Source of the DNA: Patescibacteria group bacterium
GTDB taxonomy: Bacteria; Patescibacteriota; Minisyncoccia; Phycocordibacterales; UBA9973
DNA: 64,000 nt
Reading direction: 5' to 3'
Assembly (NCBI GenBank): GCA_028865035.1
Contig: JAGWLB010000002.1
Coordinates: forward strand, 49,531-113,530
The notes under the pieces were generated by a model. The model worked only from the letters and a program-made list of their open reading frames with translations. It was not told where the DNA came from and did no database searches. This document shows positions 39,656 to 49,017 of the stretch, piece by piece. Both the position numbers and the translations under genes were made by a program. How positions within the stretch are numbered: the stretch's first letter is position 1; the number at the start of each line of letters is the position of its first letter.

Positions 39656-42229
39656 CTATTTTTTATATTTTCCTTCTAGCCATTTTTTAATATCATTTTT
39701 ATCTGACTTTAACCACGCTTCATTTGAATATACGCGCTCATAAACTTGTTCGAGTGTTCGTTCTGCTCCAGGAGCATTATTTTTCTTAAAGAATTTTTTT
39801 GCATCATTTACATCTTTTGCTTTTATGTGGTTACCAAGAGGTGATAAAAGACGAGAAAGGAAATGTCCACCCTCCCCATACTTTTTAAGAATAATCTCCC
39901 AATTTTTCTGCACATATTTCCAAGTAAGATCTCTTCCGTAAGAATTCTGCCACACAGCCCCTATTATGAATGGTGCATCTTGAGTGCGAACATCTTTTGA
40001 TAAAGCTAAGGTAAGTGTTTTAAGTAGAAGTTTCTCATTCTTGAAAGATGCCAAGGCGATACTATATCTATCTTTCTCTTCATGTAATTCTTCTTTTAAG
40101 AAAAGATTTTTAAATTGTTGGTAATCTTTTTCGTTACCATTTGCTGCGACTATACTATAGACTATAGTACGTAAATCTGAAGAAACATTATTTTTCTTTA
40201 TGTTTTTAAATAGATTTTGAGCTTTTTTAATTATCTTTGTATCACCATATTTTGCTGCTTGTGCTATAGAAAGATTACGTAAAAAAGTATCAGAATGATT
40301 TTCGTTTGATATTTTCTCAAAAGTCATTTTCTCTGCTAAAGGTGAAAAAAGTGATAATACATATGATTTATATAGGTCTTTCCATTTCTCTTCTGAAATT
40401 ATGTTATAAACTCTATTTATTCCATTAGCTAATTCAGACCAAACTATGTAATCCTTTTCATTTCTGTAGCAAAGTGAAAATTCAAGTGCATCAACTGTAG
40501 ATATATAACCACCCTCAGCCAGCGCAAATAAATCACGAATAATACCAAGTCGGTCACGTACATTCAGTGAGTTGGTTTTAATCTCATTTTTTAATTTTTC
40601 TAATGTTTCTTTATCGTATCTTGTACGTATGAATGAATTCTCACTTTTATTGATTTTTCCGATAGATGAACCAACAAGAGGCATTAATCTTTTGTTCGTA
40701 ATTATTTTTAATATTTTGTTGTCTGTTTCATATTGAAGGGGAATAGGCCAGATAGTTTTCTCTTTATCTATTTTTGCTGACAATCTGCTTGAGAAAAAGC
40801 GTTCTTGCTCTATAAAATATTTTCCTTTATTTTTTGTAAGTGTCACTAGTGGATACCCGGTTTGCCTTGTCCAAGATTTCATTATTTTTTTAATAGGTTT
40901 CTTGCTAATTTTTTCAAAAGCTTCCCAAAGATGTATTGTCTCTGTATTTTTATAGCTATGCTTCTTTAAGTAATAGCGCAAACCATCTCTAAATGTATTA
41001 TCACCAAGATATTCAGCGAGCTGGCGTATTACAGCTGAACCTTTTGCGTATGAAACCATATCGAAAATCTCGTTTATCTCATCTGGATGATTAACTGTAA
41101 CTTCTATTGGGTGTGAATTAGCAAGAGCGTCAAGACGTAGTGCTACTGCGTAACGATCTGCTAGATACAAATCCCAGACATGCCACTCTGGGAACATGTG
41201 ATCTGTACAATAATTTTCCATATATGAAGCAAATCCTTCATTGAGCCATAAATCTGTCCACCATTCCATAGTAACTAAGTTCCCAAACCATTGATGAGCA
41301 AGTTCGTGAGCTATTACAATAGCTACCCATTGTTTAGTTGAGAGCGATGAGTTTTCTTTATCTATAAGTATTGCAGTTTCTCTGAAGGTCACTGCTCCCC
41401 AGTTTTCCATTGCGGCACTCTCAAAATCTGGAATGGCAATCAGGTCAAGTACTGGAAGAGGGTACGGTATGTCAAAATAATTATTATAAAATTCTAACGA
41501 TTTGATTGCGACCTCAAGAGCAAACTCGGCTTGATGCTTTTTGCCTTTTGTCGTAAATACACGTACTTGGATTTTATCCTTTGTCATACCTTCGATGAAT
41601 TCGAACTCTCCTATAATAAATGCTAGTAGGTATGTAGACATACGAGGAGTAGAAGCGAACTCAACTATTTTATATCCAGCTTCGTGTTCTTGAATACTCA
41701 CAGGTAAAGTATTTGATATAGCTGTATGGTTACCAGGGATAATAAGCGATACATTAAAAGTAGCTTTATGTACTGGTTCGTCAAAACAAGGGAATGCACG
41801 TCTAGCATCCGTGGCCTCGAATTGAGTAGTCGCTATATGTTTAGTCTCTCCATCTATTACATATCTACTTCTGTAAAATCCTCTAAGTGAATCACTTATA
41901 ATACCTTCGAAAACAATAGAAAGTTTTGCTTTACCTTTTTTAATTAAATTTTTAAATGTGAATGTTACAGTTTCTGCTTTTGTATTATAAGAAATTTTAT
42001 TGGCATATTGTGATTGTTTACCTTGAGTTATTTCTACTGTAATTATCTTAATGTCTTTTGAATGTAGAGTAATAGATGATATAGATTTATCTATGTTAAT
42101 AGTAATAATTTCTTTACCAGTGAAAATAAATGATTCTATGTCAGGTTTTAATGTAAGGTTATAGTTGTCTGGTTTGATGTGAGTTACTAGACGAACTGAT
42201 TCCTTAGTTTTTTTATTCTTTTTATCCAT
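39656..42229 (-). CDS. pepN: aminopeptidase N (M1 family zinc metallopeptidase)
   Basis: GAMEN and HELAHQWFGNLVT...E zinc motifs; 857 aa. Confidence 0.9.
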   Translation of the reverse strand: MDKKNKKTKESVRLVTHIKPDNYNLTLKPDIESFIFTGKEIITINIDKSISSITLHSKDIKIITVEITQGKQSQYANKISYNTKAETVTFTFKNLIKKGKAKLSIVFEGIISDSLRGFYRSRYVIDGETKHIATTQFEATDARRAFPCFDEPVHKATFNVSLIIPGNHTAISNTLPVSIQEHEAGYKIVEFASTPRMSTYLLAFIIGEFEFIEGMTKDKIQVRVFTTKGKKHQAEFALEVAIKSLEFYNNYFDIPYPLPVLDLIAIPDFESAAMENWGAVTFRETAILIDKENSSLSTKQWVAIVIAHELAHQWFGNLVTMEWWTDLWLNEGFASYMENYCTDHMFPEWHVWDLYLADRYAVALRLDALANSHPIEVTVNHPDEINEIFDMVSYAKGSAVIRQLAEYLGDNTFRDGLRYYLKKHSYKNTETIHLWEAFEKISKKPIKKIMKSWTRQTGYPLVTLTKNKGKYFIEQERFFSSRLSAKIDKEKTIWPIPLQYETDNKILKIITNKRLMPLVGSSIGKINKSENSFIRTRYDKETLEKLKNEIKTNSLNVRDRLGIIRDLFALAEGGYISTVDALEFSLCYRNEKDYIVWSELANGINRVYNIISEEKWKDLYKSYVLSLFSPLAEKMTFEKISNENHSDTFLRNLSIAQAAKYGDTKIIKKAQNLFKNIKKNNVSSDLRTIVYSIVAANGNEKDYQQFKNLFLKEELHEEKDRYSIALASFKNEKLLLKTLTLALSKDVRTQDAPFIIGAVWQNSYGRDLTWKYVQKNWEIILKKYGEGGHFLSRLLSPLGNHIKAKDVNDAKKFFKKNNAPGAERTLEQVYERVYSNEAWLKSDKNDIKKWLEGKYKK

Positions 42230-42378
42230 ATTTCTAATTTTTTGTTTATATAAATTGCTATTATACTATTTTTGATAGCTGTTCCATAATTTTTATATAA
42301 AATACTTATATAACAAGGCTTATTTTATAATAGGGTATACACTTGACAAATAGCATATATATATGCTATAATACAGCA

Positions 42379-42999
42379 ATGAAAATTAAAGCAATAAAAA
42401 ATTTAATAGCAGTAATGGTTTTTACACTTTTATTCGTGAATGCAGGTTCTGTGCTTGCTTATACTCCAGATTATTCAAACCCACAAACTCAAATACAAAA
42501 CCAAAATAATGTGTATGCTCCTGCTCCATATTTTACAAATAACACAGGTGTATATGTTCCTACGTATCCGAATGATGTGCCAGTAGCTCCATTACAACCT
42601 GTTGCTCCATATATAGTGAATAGTTATTCACCATACAGTAATACAAGTAATACAAATTCAAATAGTAATACTACTGTGACTCATACTACTCCAACACAGA
42701 CTGTACCTAGAAATACAGCAACCACTACTACTATTCAGAAAGTTACAGCACCATCACCAAGTGCATCAGAGTATTCAAATACACCTGGACCTGATGTAAG
42801 AGCATTGCCGCCAGTCGTCACAACTGATGCATCTAACAATGGTTTAGCAGCTCTTTCTTTAGCTGGTACTGGTAGTTTTATGCCAAGCTCACTATGGCAA
42901 TGGTTACTAGTTGTATTATTAATATTCGTTATTATAATACTTGCTCGTTTAATTGGTAGATCTAGAGTACATGAAGTACACACAGTTGCTACACATTAA
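42379..42999 (+). CDS. secreted Pro/Thr/Asn-rich protein with a C-terminal TM anchor
   Basis: The ATG at 42379 follows promoter TTGACA(42343)-N18-TATAAT; the track's earlier start is a TTG inside the -35. Confidence 0.5.
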   Translation: MKIKAIKNLIAVMVFTLLFVNAGSVLAYTPDYSNPQTQIQNQNNVYAPAPYFTNNTGVYVPTYPNDVPVAPLQPVAPYIVNSYSPYSNTSNTNSNSNTTVTHTTPTQTVPRNTATTTTIQKVTAPSPSASEYSNTPGPDVRALPPVVTTDASNNGLAALSLAGTGSFMPSSLWQWLLVVLLIFVIIILARLIGRSRVHEVHTVATH

Positions 43000-43053
43000 A
43001 ATATATTATTTAAAAATAAAACTTCCCTCATAAAAGAGGGGAGTTTTATTTTT

Positions 43054-43179
43054 TTATTTAGATTTCTTCTTTGATGCTTTTTTCTCTAACATTAATTTTT
43101 TAACCTCTAATCTTTTCTTAGTCTTATGAGAGTGACGTGATCTCTTTTTAGGACCAAGAGTTGTATCTCTTTTTGCCAT
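43054..43179 (-). CDS. 41-aa highly basic protein (possible small ribosomal protein, bL32-like PKKRSRHSH segment), not in the ORF track
   Basis: MAKRDTTLGPKKRSRHSHKTKKRLEVKKLMLEKKASKKKSK. Confidence 0.3.
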   Translation of the reverse strand: MAKRDTTLGPKKRSRHSHKTKKRLEVKKLMLEKKASKKKSK

Positions 43180-43335
43180 ATATAAACAATGTTTGTTATT
43201 AATAAGATAAGCTATATTATACTTTAAGTTTGAAGATAATCCTATTTTTGCTTTTTTATCGATTTTTTGATAGTATTTGACTATTCAGGGGTCGGTTTAA
43301 TATCTATTTATTGACACTGTGTCCTGATAAAACAT

Positions 43336-43408
43336 TCCGGAGTAGCTCAGCGGTAGAGCAAGCGACTGTTAATCGCTTGGTCGCAGGTTCGATCCCTGCC
43401 TCCGGAGC
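43336..43408 (+). tRNA. tRNA-Asn (anticodon GTT)
   Basis: TCCGGAG acceptor, anticodon loop CTGTTAA, T-loop GGTTCGATCC; terminator hairpin at 43437-43468. Confidence 0.85.
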
Positions 43409-43470
43409 ATTTAAAAATTTTATAAGAATGTAAAGAAAAAATCCTGCCTTTTAAAAGACAGGATTTAAGA

Positions 43471-43700
43471 TTGTGTGAACCCATAAGTAGACGTTTAACC
43501 GCGTCTGCTGGCACGTCAATTAGACACTTACTTTCTCTTAGCAACATTGGCATACGTTCCGTGTTAACTACTGGCTCACTTATAAAAAGTGTTATTCTTT
43601 GGGCGGTGTGTACAAGGACTGTTTTTACGCCCTATTAAAGCTCGCTTTCGCTCAGTCCCCCAAAGCACTTTATCTAAGGTACAATCTCAAGACTATATTA
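43471..43700 (-). other. mosaic of near-exact universal 16S rRNA motifs in non-rRNA order (1400-region CCTTGTACACACCGCCC; 530-loop GTGCCAGCAGACGCGGTTAAACG; GGGCGTAAA; GGACTGAG)
   Basis: Exact 17-mer match to the decoding-site consensus and 20/23 match to the 530 loop, both on the minus strand, ~90 nt apart. These differ from this genome's own 16S at those positions. Confidence 0.6.
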
Positions 43701-43709
43701 GCATATTAT

Positions 43710-43741
43710 ACTCTTCCGAACATCCTCCCAGGTTTGGAGCC
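43710..43741 (+). repeat. cassette-associated inverted repeat, copy 1 (ACTCTTCCGAACATCCTCCCAGGTTTGGAGCC)
   Basis: Half-sites CCGAAC/GTTYGG separated by 10 bp, immediately upstream of the promoter of 43809. Confidence 0.75.
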
Positions 43742-43808
43742 ATACTTGACAAATTACTTTATATATTATATTTTAGAGTTAAATTGTTAAACTAAAAATT
43801 GAATAATT

Positions 43809-44312
43809 ATGAAAAAAGTTTTTCTTGTTCTTTTAATAACATACTCAATAGTATGTACAGGTTATATTATTTATCTAAAGTCACCTCTCAATGACCATGG
43901 GCATAGACTCTACGGAGTTAAGAATCCAAAAACTATGTTAGTTTTAGATTCAATATTCCGTGATGTAGCTAACCTTCATAGGGATTTGGTCTTTAAGGTT
44001 GGACCGAGTACTCAGGCAATTTACGACAACGGCAGAGTTGGCTTAAATTATATAAGCGACTCAACAGTGGATCTTCCATTATCTGGGCCCAGCTTCGTTG
44101 TCAGTAATCCAGAAGAATCAGCACAAAAAGCCGCTAGGATTCTAACCCGAAATGGATTTAATGCCAGAATTATTGTTAATTTTGACTCAACTTTATCCAA
44201 TAAATTAGTTTTACTTCAAAGTAACTCTATTAATTGGACACTTGTTTTTAGAAGAGATATTCTAAATATGGGCAAGAAACCAAAAGACATAGGTTTCGGA
44301 TGGGCAAAATGA
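43809..44312 (+). CDS. hypothetical membrane-anchored protein (167 aa)
   Basis: N-terminal TM helix; terminator hairpin at 44341-44370. Confidence 0.45.
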   Translation: MKKVFLVLLITYSIVCTGYIIYLKSPLNDHGHRLYGVKNPKTMLVLDSIFRDVANLHRDLVFKVGPSTQAIYDNGRVGLNYISDSTVDLPLSGPSFVVSNPEESAQKAARILTRNGFNARIIVNFDSTLSNKLVLLQSNSINWTLVFRRDILNMGKKPKDIGFGWAK

Positions 44313-44389
44313 TTTTCAAAAAAAGATGATTTTTTTATTGAAGGAATCGTGTAACAACGATTCCTTTTTTATTTATCCATATCAACCAA

Positions 44390-44421
44390 ACTCTTCCGAA
44401 CATCCTCCCAGGTTCGGAGCC
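44390..44421 (+). repeat. cassette-associated inverted repeat, copy 2 (ACTCTTCCGAACATCCTCCCAGGTTCGGAGCC)
   Basis: 31/32 identical to copy 1; perfect CCGAAC-N10-GTTCGG. Confidence 0.8.
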
Positions 44422-44477
44422 TAAATTTTAATTTGATTTGTAAGAGGAAAATTGTATAATTAAAGAAAACTTTAGTA

Positions 44478-45125
44478 ATGGAATTAAATGTATCAAAACA
44501 GTATTATGAATCACTTGATTATACTGCCATTTCTTTAATAGAAACCGTTACCCGTTTTAATACTAATTGTGGAAGTATTAACAATATTATATCGACAGAA
44601 GATAACTTTCCTTTGAAAAGGAATCCGGGAGCTAATATTGAAGATTGGAATGGTTTTTTTGTTTCTCGTAATTTTAGATTTTTATTGAAGCTAAATTGTT
44701 TTGGAAAGATAATGGAAATTCCTTACCACAAAAATATTAGCACCCTAATTAGTTGTGCTAGATATGATGAAAAGTTTAATAATGTGGTAATAAATAATGA
44801 TTATTGTCTTAGAAAAGCCAATTTTCTGAAGTCAGTAACAAACCATCAGCTTTTTGGATATCTGTTTTCTAAATCAAATGAGCTATCAATAATGACACTG
44901 GACGATATCAGTTTCCTGTGGATGATTCTAAGTACACTCCTATTTCATGAAAATTTGCTAAATCATGGAGAATGGTGCCACAACGTATTTATGGGTTGGA
45001 AAAGAAATAGTCCTTTAATAGTTCAGAGAATTGGAAAATTATGGCATCTTTCAAATGATGAATTTTATCCTGAACATTCGTATCATGTAAAAGATGAAAC
45101 ATTATTTTTCCCGGTTATCAAGTGA
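44478..45125 (+). CDS. hypothetical protein (215 aa)
   Basis: Promoter TTGATT-N16-TATAAT upstream; terminator at 45131-45172. Confidence 0.45.
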   Translation: MELNVSKQYYESLDYTAISLIETVTRFNTNCGSINNIISTEDNFPLKRNPGANIEDWNGFFVSRNFRFLLKLNCFGKIMEIPYHKNISTLISCARYDEKFNNVVINNDYCLRKANFLKSVTNHQLFGYLFSKSNELSIMTLDDISFLWMILSTLLFHENLLNHGEWCHNVFMGWKRNSPLIVQRIGKLWHLSNDEFYPEHSYHVKDETLFFPVIK

Positions 45126-45277
45126 TTATAAAGACACCATTTTATTTAACGGTGTCTTTTTAATAATATCTAGAACATTTTCCAATCTTTTCTTAATTTT
45201 ATTCCAATTAGAATTCTGAACTTGTCCACTAAAGCGAGCCAGATAGATTCTCGTTAAAGTTTTGATATAATAAACTT

Positions 45278-45832
45278 ATGAGAAAAATAATTGTACAAGA
45301 AATGATTAGTGTTGATGGATTTTTTGCTGGAGAAAACGGTGAAATAGATTGGCATAATGTGGATGCCGAATTTAATAAATATGCTATTGAATTTCTTAAT
45401 ACCATAGATTCTTTGTTGTTTGGCCGCATTACTTATGAACTCATGGCAAGTTATTGGCCTACAGAAGCTGCTTTAAATGATGACCAAATCGTTGCTTCTA
45501 AAATGAATAATCTTTCGAAAATTGTTTTTTCTAAAACCAGGAATATATTAGAATGGAATAACTCAAAAGTGTTTTCTGAAATTAATGCAGAAGAAATAAA
45601 AAAATTAAAACAAACTGAAGGTAAGGATATTGCCATATTTGGCAGTGGTACTATTGTATCTGAACTTACCAAACTAAGATTAATTGATGAGTATCGGCTT
45701 ATTGTAAATCCTATAGTTCTTGGTAAGGGTAAGTCATTATTTTCATATATAGAAAAAAGATACAAGTTACAGCTCGTAAAAGTAGAAAAGTTTAAATCAG
45801 GAAATGTTTCCCTTCACTACAGTCTTTTATAG
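45278..45832 (+). CDS. dihydrofolate reductase-like (RibD C-terminal domain family)
   Basis: MRKIIVQEMISVDGFFAGENGEIDWH start and a DHFR-like fold pattern. Confidence 0.6.
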   Translation: MRKIIVQEMISVDGFFAGENGEIDWHNVDAEFNKYAIEFLNTIDSLLFGRITYELMASYWPTEAALNDDQIVASKMNNLSKIVFSKTRNILEWNNSKVFSEINAEEIKKLKQTEGKDIAIFGSGTIVSELTKLRLIDEYRLIVNPIVLGKGKSLFSYIEKRYKLQLVKVEKFKSGNVSLHYSLL

Positions 45833-45862
45833 AATCAATAAGGGTTAAGAACATTTAATAAT

Positions 45863-45893
45863 ACTCTTCCGAACATAATCCAAGGTTTGGATC
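45863..45893 (+). repeat. cassette-associated inverted repeat, copy 3 (ACTCTTCCGAACATAATCCAAGGTTTGGATC)
   Basis: Conserved half-sites and 10-bp spacer length; the spacer sequence diverges. Confidence 0.7.
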
Positions 45894-45929
45894 TTGTTAA
45901 TTTTGTAGTAGAGATGTTATATTTCTATC

Positions 45930-46403
45930 ATGGAAGAAAGAGATACAGAAGGAGCTTTTAGATGGATTGTAAATATAATTAAAAAACATAATATACCTTT
46001 TCAGATAAAAGGTGGTTTTGCTTCACGTCTATATGGAGTAAAAAGGGAACTGGCTGATATTGATATATCTATCCCAGAGAATAGATTTGATGAATTAATT
46101 CCTGAAATAAAAGAGTTTATTGTATATGGACCAGAACAATATTTAGATGATGAATGGGATATAAAACTCATAACTCTAACTTACAAAAATCAGGATATAG
46201 ATATAGCAGGAGCATATAAAAAGAAAAACTTTGATAAGATGAACCAGAAATGGGTAAATATACCGACTAACTTTGATACTAGTGTGTATATGGATGTATA
46301 TGGTTTAAATGTACCAGTGATTTCTAAGACAGACCTAATAAATTACAAGAAACTCATTCAAAGAGATGTAGATATATTTGATATTAATGCTTTAAGTAAG
46401 TAA
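45930..46403 (+). CDS. small nucleotidyltransferase-fold protein resembling lincosamide (Lnu) or aminoglycoside nucleotidyltransferases
   Basis: IKGGFASRLYGVKRELADIDISIP parallels Lnu WLDGGWGVDVLTG...HRDIDIDFD; 157 aa. Confidence 0.45.
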   Translation: MEERDTEGAFRWIVNIIKKHNIPFQIKGGFASRLYGVKRELADIDISIPENRFDELIPEIKEFIVYGPEQYLDDEWDIKLITLTYKNQDIDIAGAYKKKNFDKMNQKWVNIPTNFDTSVYMDVYGLNVPVISKTDLINYKKLIQRDVDIFDINALSK

Positions 46404-46408
46404 CTTAA

Positions 46409-46438
46409 TATTCTTCAGAACATAGTCTCAGAATTGTA
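46409..46438 (+). repeat. degenerate fourth copy of the cassette repeat
   Basis: TATTCTTCAGAACATAGTCTCAGAATTG, about 60% identical to the others. Confidence 0.35.
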
Positions 46439-46516
46439 GTTTAGTGAATTTGTAAACGTTATTAATTTTAAATAAGTACTTACATATATGTAAACTTTTA
46501 TGATATAGTCATTGTT

Positions 46517-47119
46517 ATGATAAAAGTATTAATTTTTGATGCTGACGGTGTTCTCATAAATGGTGAGATGTTCAGTAAAATACTTGCTAAAGAATACGGA
46601 ATCTCAACCGAAATAACAGAACCATTTTTTGACGGACCTTTTAGTGAGTGCTTAGTTGGTAATATTGATTTGAAAGAAGCTATTTCTCCATATTTAGAAG
46701 GTTGGGGATGGAAAACAGGTGTGGATAGTTTCCTAGATTATTGGTTTTCTGCAGAGCACTCTATTGATCAAGATTTGATTGCATATATTCAAGAATGTAG
46801 AAAGAGGGGAATCAAGTGCTATGTTGCAACCAATCAAGAAAAGCATCGAGCTGAGTATATGCTTGATAAATTAGGATTTGTAAATAACTTTGATAAGCTT
46901 TATGCTTCTGCGCATTTAGGGCATAAAAAACCAAGTTTGGATTTCTATGAAAAATTAGTAAACGATCTCGACGGCATAAATAAAGAAGAAATCCTATTTT
47001 GGGATGATTCACCTAAAAATATAACGGCCGCACGACAATTTGGAATTAATGCAGAATTATATACTACTTTTGAAGATTTTAATAAGAGAATGAAGATTTA
47101 TCCTGATTTTGATAAGTAA
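46517..47119 (+). CDS. HAD superfamily hydrolase (subfamily IA)
   Basis: IFDADGVL motif I; bidirectional terminator at 47152-47175. Confidence 0.75.
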   Translation: MIKVLIFDADGVLINGEMFSKILAKEYGISTEITEPFFDGPFSECLVGNIDLKEAISPYLEGWGWKTGVDSFLDYWFSAEHSIDQDLIAYIQECRKRGIKCYVATNQEKHRAEYMLDKLGFVNNFDKLYASAHLGHKKPSLDFYEKLVNDLDGINKEEILFWDDSPKNITAARQFGINAELYTTFEDFNKRMKIYPDFDK

Positions 47120-47236
47120 TACTAATTCGAATATCCTATCTATTCTTCTAAGCGAGCAAATAAAAAACCCTGTTATAGGGTTTTACGGCAATTTAAAATC
47201 TTAAGTAATATGTATATATTTATAATTATGACTATA

Positions 47237-47422
47237 TTACCTGCGAATCTTATCAGAAGGCTTAATATTTAGTCTTCTTAAGATTTCACTTTTTAATTGG
47301 CTTTTGTCAAATGGGCTTTTACCATTTCCATTATCTTTAGCGTCTAATTCTATAGAACGCTGAAAATTATCTAACAATTGTTGATTAGATAAAGCTTCTA
47401 GCTCCTTTTTATTCATACTCAT
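47237..47422 (-). CDS. hypothetical small protein (61 aa)
   Basis: ORF with a convergent terminator. Confidence 0.3.
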   Translation of the reverse strand: MSMNKKELEALSNQQLLDNFQRSIELDAKDNGNGKSPFDKSQLKSEILRRLNIKPSDKIRR

Positions 47423-47510
47423 TTTAAATTATTTAAATGAAAAATATTGATTTAATTTATTGGAATATTATATCTTAATCTAAAAAATGTCAAAATGACT
47501 AAATATTACA

Positions 47511-48656
47511 TTATTGATATTGTATAAAGCTTGGTTGGGGTTCTAATTCTAGTATTTGCTTGGGTGTAAGAAGTGCGTGCGTTGGTGCGACGAGATCTGT
47601 TTTATAGAATAGTTTAATGCCTGTAAACTGTACTGGTTCATTGCTTATTATTCCATTATAAATATGAATTTTCTTTTCTGGTGTACTCCATCCATCCATA
47701 TCCATAACAATCTGAACTTCTGGTAGGGGAGTTATCTTTTTATAGTTAGTAACCATATTTTCAGTAAAACGATGCACAATAAGAACTTTCGGTGGAAGAT
47801 TATATTTTTTAACTAGAGAGGCTAAGTAATTTGCAGTATAATTAATATCCGTTGCGTCCATAGTGCCGATAATTGTACCAGGGCGCCTGTCGTTCTTCAT
47901 TGAGAATTCTGGATCTAAAGCTAGTTCTACTTGTGGAAGTTTAAGATATTCTTCCAGAAGGGGAATTTCTGTTTGCACATTACTTTTACCTACTTGCACA
48001 TCAAGTATAACTATTCCATTAATCTGTTCGGCAAGTGCAATTGCTTTTTGAATCTGGTCTGCTGGCATACGAGCACGATATTTATTATCAGCACCTGGGC
48101 TCGATTGAGCTGTAACTGTAACATAATCAATAGCAGGTATAACAGGAGTACTGGGATCAGCTTTTTTCCATTCGTCGACAGCATTTTGGAGTCTCCGTAA
48201 AACTTCTTGCGGAGGGTATTCCCCAAGTATCCCCATTTTAGTTGAATAGAAGTTACCGTAATATGCAACGATGCGATTGAATGGTAGAAGAGCTCCTCCT
48301 ATCGGATAGATTCCTTTAACAGGCCATAATGGTACAGCAGAGGGTATAGAATTGGTAGTTGTTGAAACCTTTGAGATGGGAGAAACAGGGGTTGGAGGAA
48401 CATTTGCTATCTGAAGTAACTTTGCATCGTATGCCACCTTGTCTAAAACAGCTACTGCCACAGGAGCAATAGAGGTAACACTTTTTGTGTTATTTTGTGT
48501 AGTTGAGTTATATCGAATTGTAAGTAAACTAGAAGAACTTATAAAATATGCAGTAGCATAAATAATAATCACCCCACAAAAAATCCAAGCAGTTGCTTGA
48601 AAATATTTGTTCTTGAAAATATGATTCTTTTTGGTTTGCTTAGTAGCATTCGGCAT
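47511..48656 (-). CDS. hypothetical membrane-anchored extracytoplasmic protein (381 aa from the internal Met)
   Basis: The track ORF extends to 48875 but overlaps the 48775 plus-strand gene. MPNATKQ... is followed by a TM helix and a Pro/Thr-rich linker. Confidence 0.5.
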   Translation of the reverse strand: MPNATKQTKKNHIFKNKYFQATAWIFCGVIIIYATAYFISSSSLLTIRYNSTTQNNTKSVTSIAPVAVAVLDKVAYDAKLLQIANVPPTPVSPISKVSTTTNSIPSAVPLWPVKGIYPIGGALLPFNRIVAYYGNFYSTKMGILGEYPPQEVLRRLQNAVDEWKKADPSTPVIPAIDYVTVTAQSSPGADNKYRARMPADQIQKAIALAEQINGIVILDVQVGKSNVQTEIPLLEEYLKLPQVELALDPEFSMKNDRRPGTIIGTMDATDINYTANYLASLVKKYNLPPKVLIVHRFTENMVTNYKKITPLPEVQIVMDMDGWSTPEKKIHIYNGIISNEPVQFTGIKLFYKTDLVAPTHALLTPKQILELEPQPSFIQYQ

Positions 48657-48774
48657 AATATACAGAAGTGTAGCATATAATTTTATAAATATGCTAAAAA
48701 TACCCCCTAAATCATCTATTAGAATATTTTTTAAATTAAACGTAAAGAAGTCGAGAAAGTGATATAATATAAAT

Positions 48775-49017
48775 ATGAAACAAGAATATGAAGAAGAGTT
48801 TAAATTATCTGGAGAGGAAGTGCTAAAGAAAGTTAAAGAAATAATTAAAGAAGGTAATGCTCGGAAAATTATCATAAAAAATGAAAATGGTAAAGAAGTT
48901 GTAACTATTCCGCTTACGGTGGGAGCAGTAGGAGCTGTCCTTGCTCCAGCTTTGGCAGCAATAGGTGCTGTCGCGGCTCTTCTTACTAACTGTACAATAG
49001 TTGTTGTTAAGAAATAA
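48775..49017 (+). CDS. hypothetical small protein with a C-terminal hydrophobic Ala/Gly-rich segment
   Basis: ORF only. Confidence 0.4.
   Translation: MKQEYEEEFKLSGEEVLKKVKEIIKEGNARKIIIKNENGKEVVTIPLTVGAVGAVLAPALAAIGAVAALLTNCTIVVVKK

Noticed and set aside
42343-42378. Track start codon for the Pro/Thr-rich protein
   Set aside because: The proposed TTG start is the first half of a TTGACA -35 hexamer. The ATG at 42379 follows the -10.
48657-48875. N-terminal 73 aa of the 454-aa minus-strand ORF
   Set aside because: It overlaps the convergently placed 48775-49017 gene and is low-complexity. The internal Met at 48656 precedes the TM helix.
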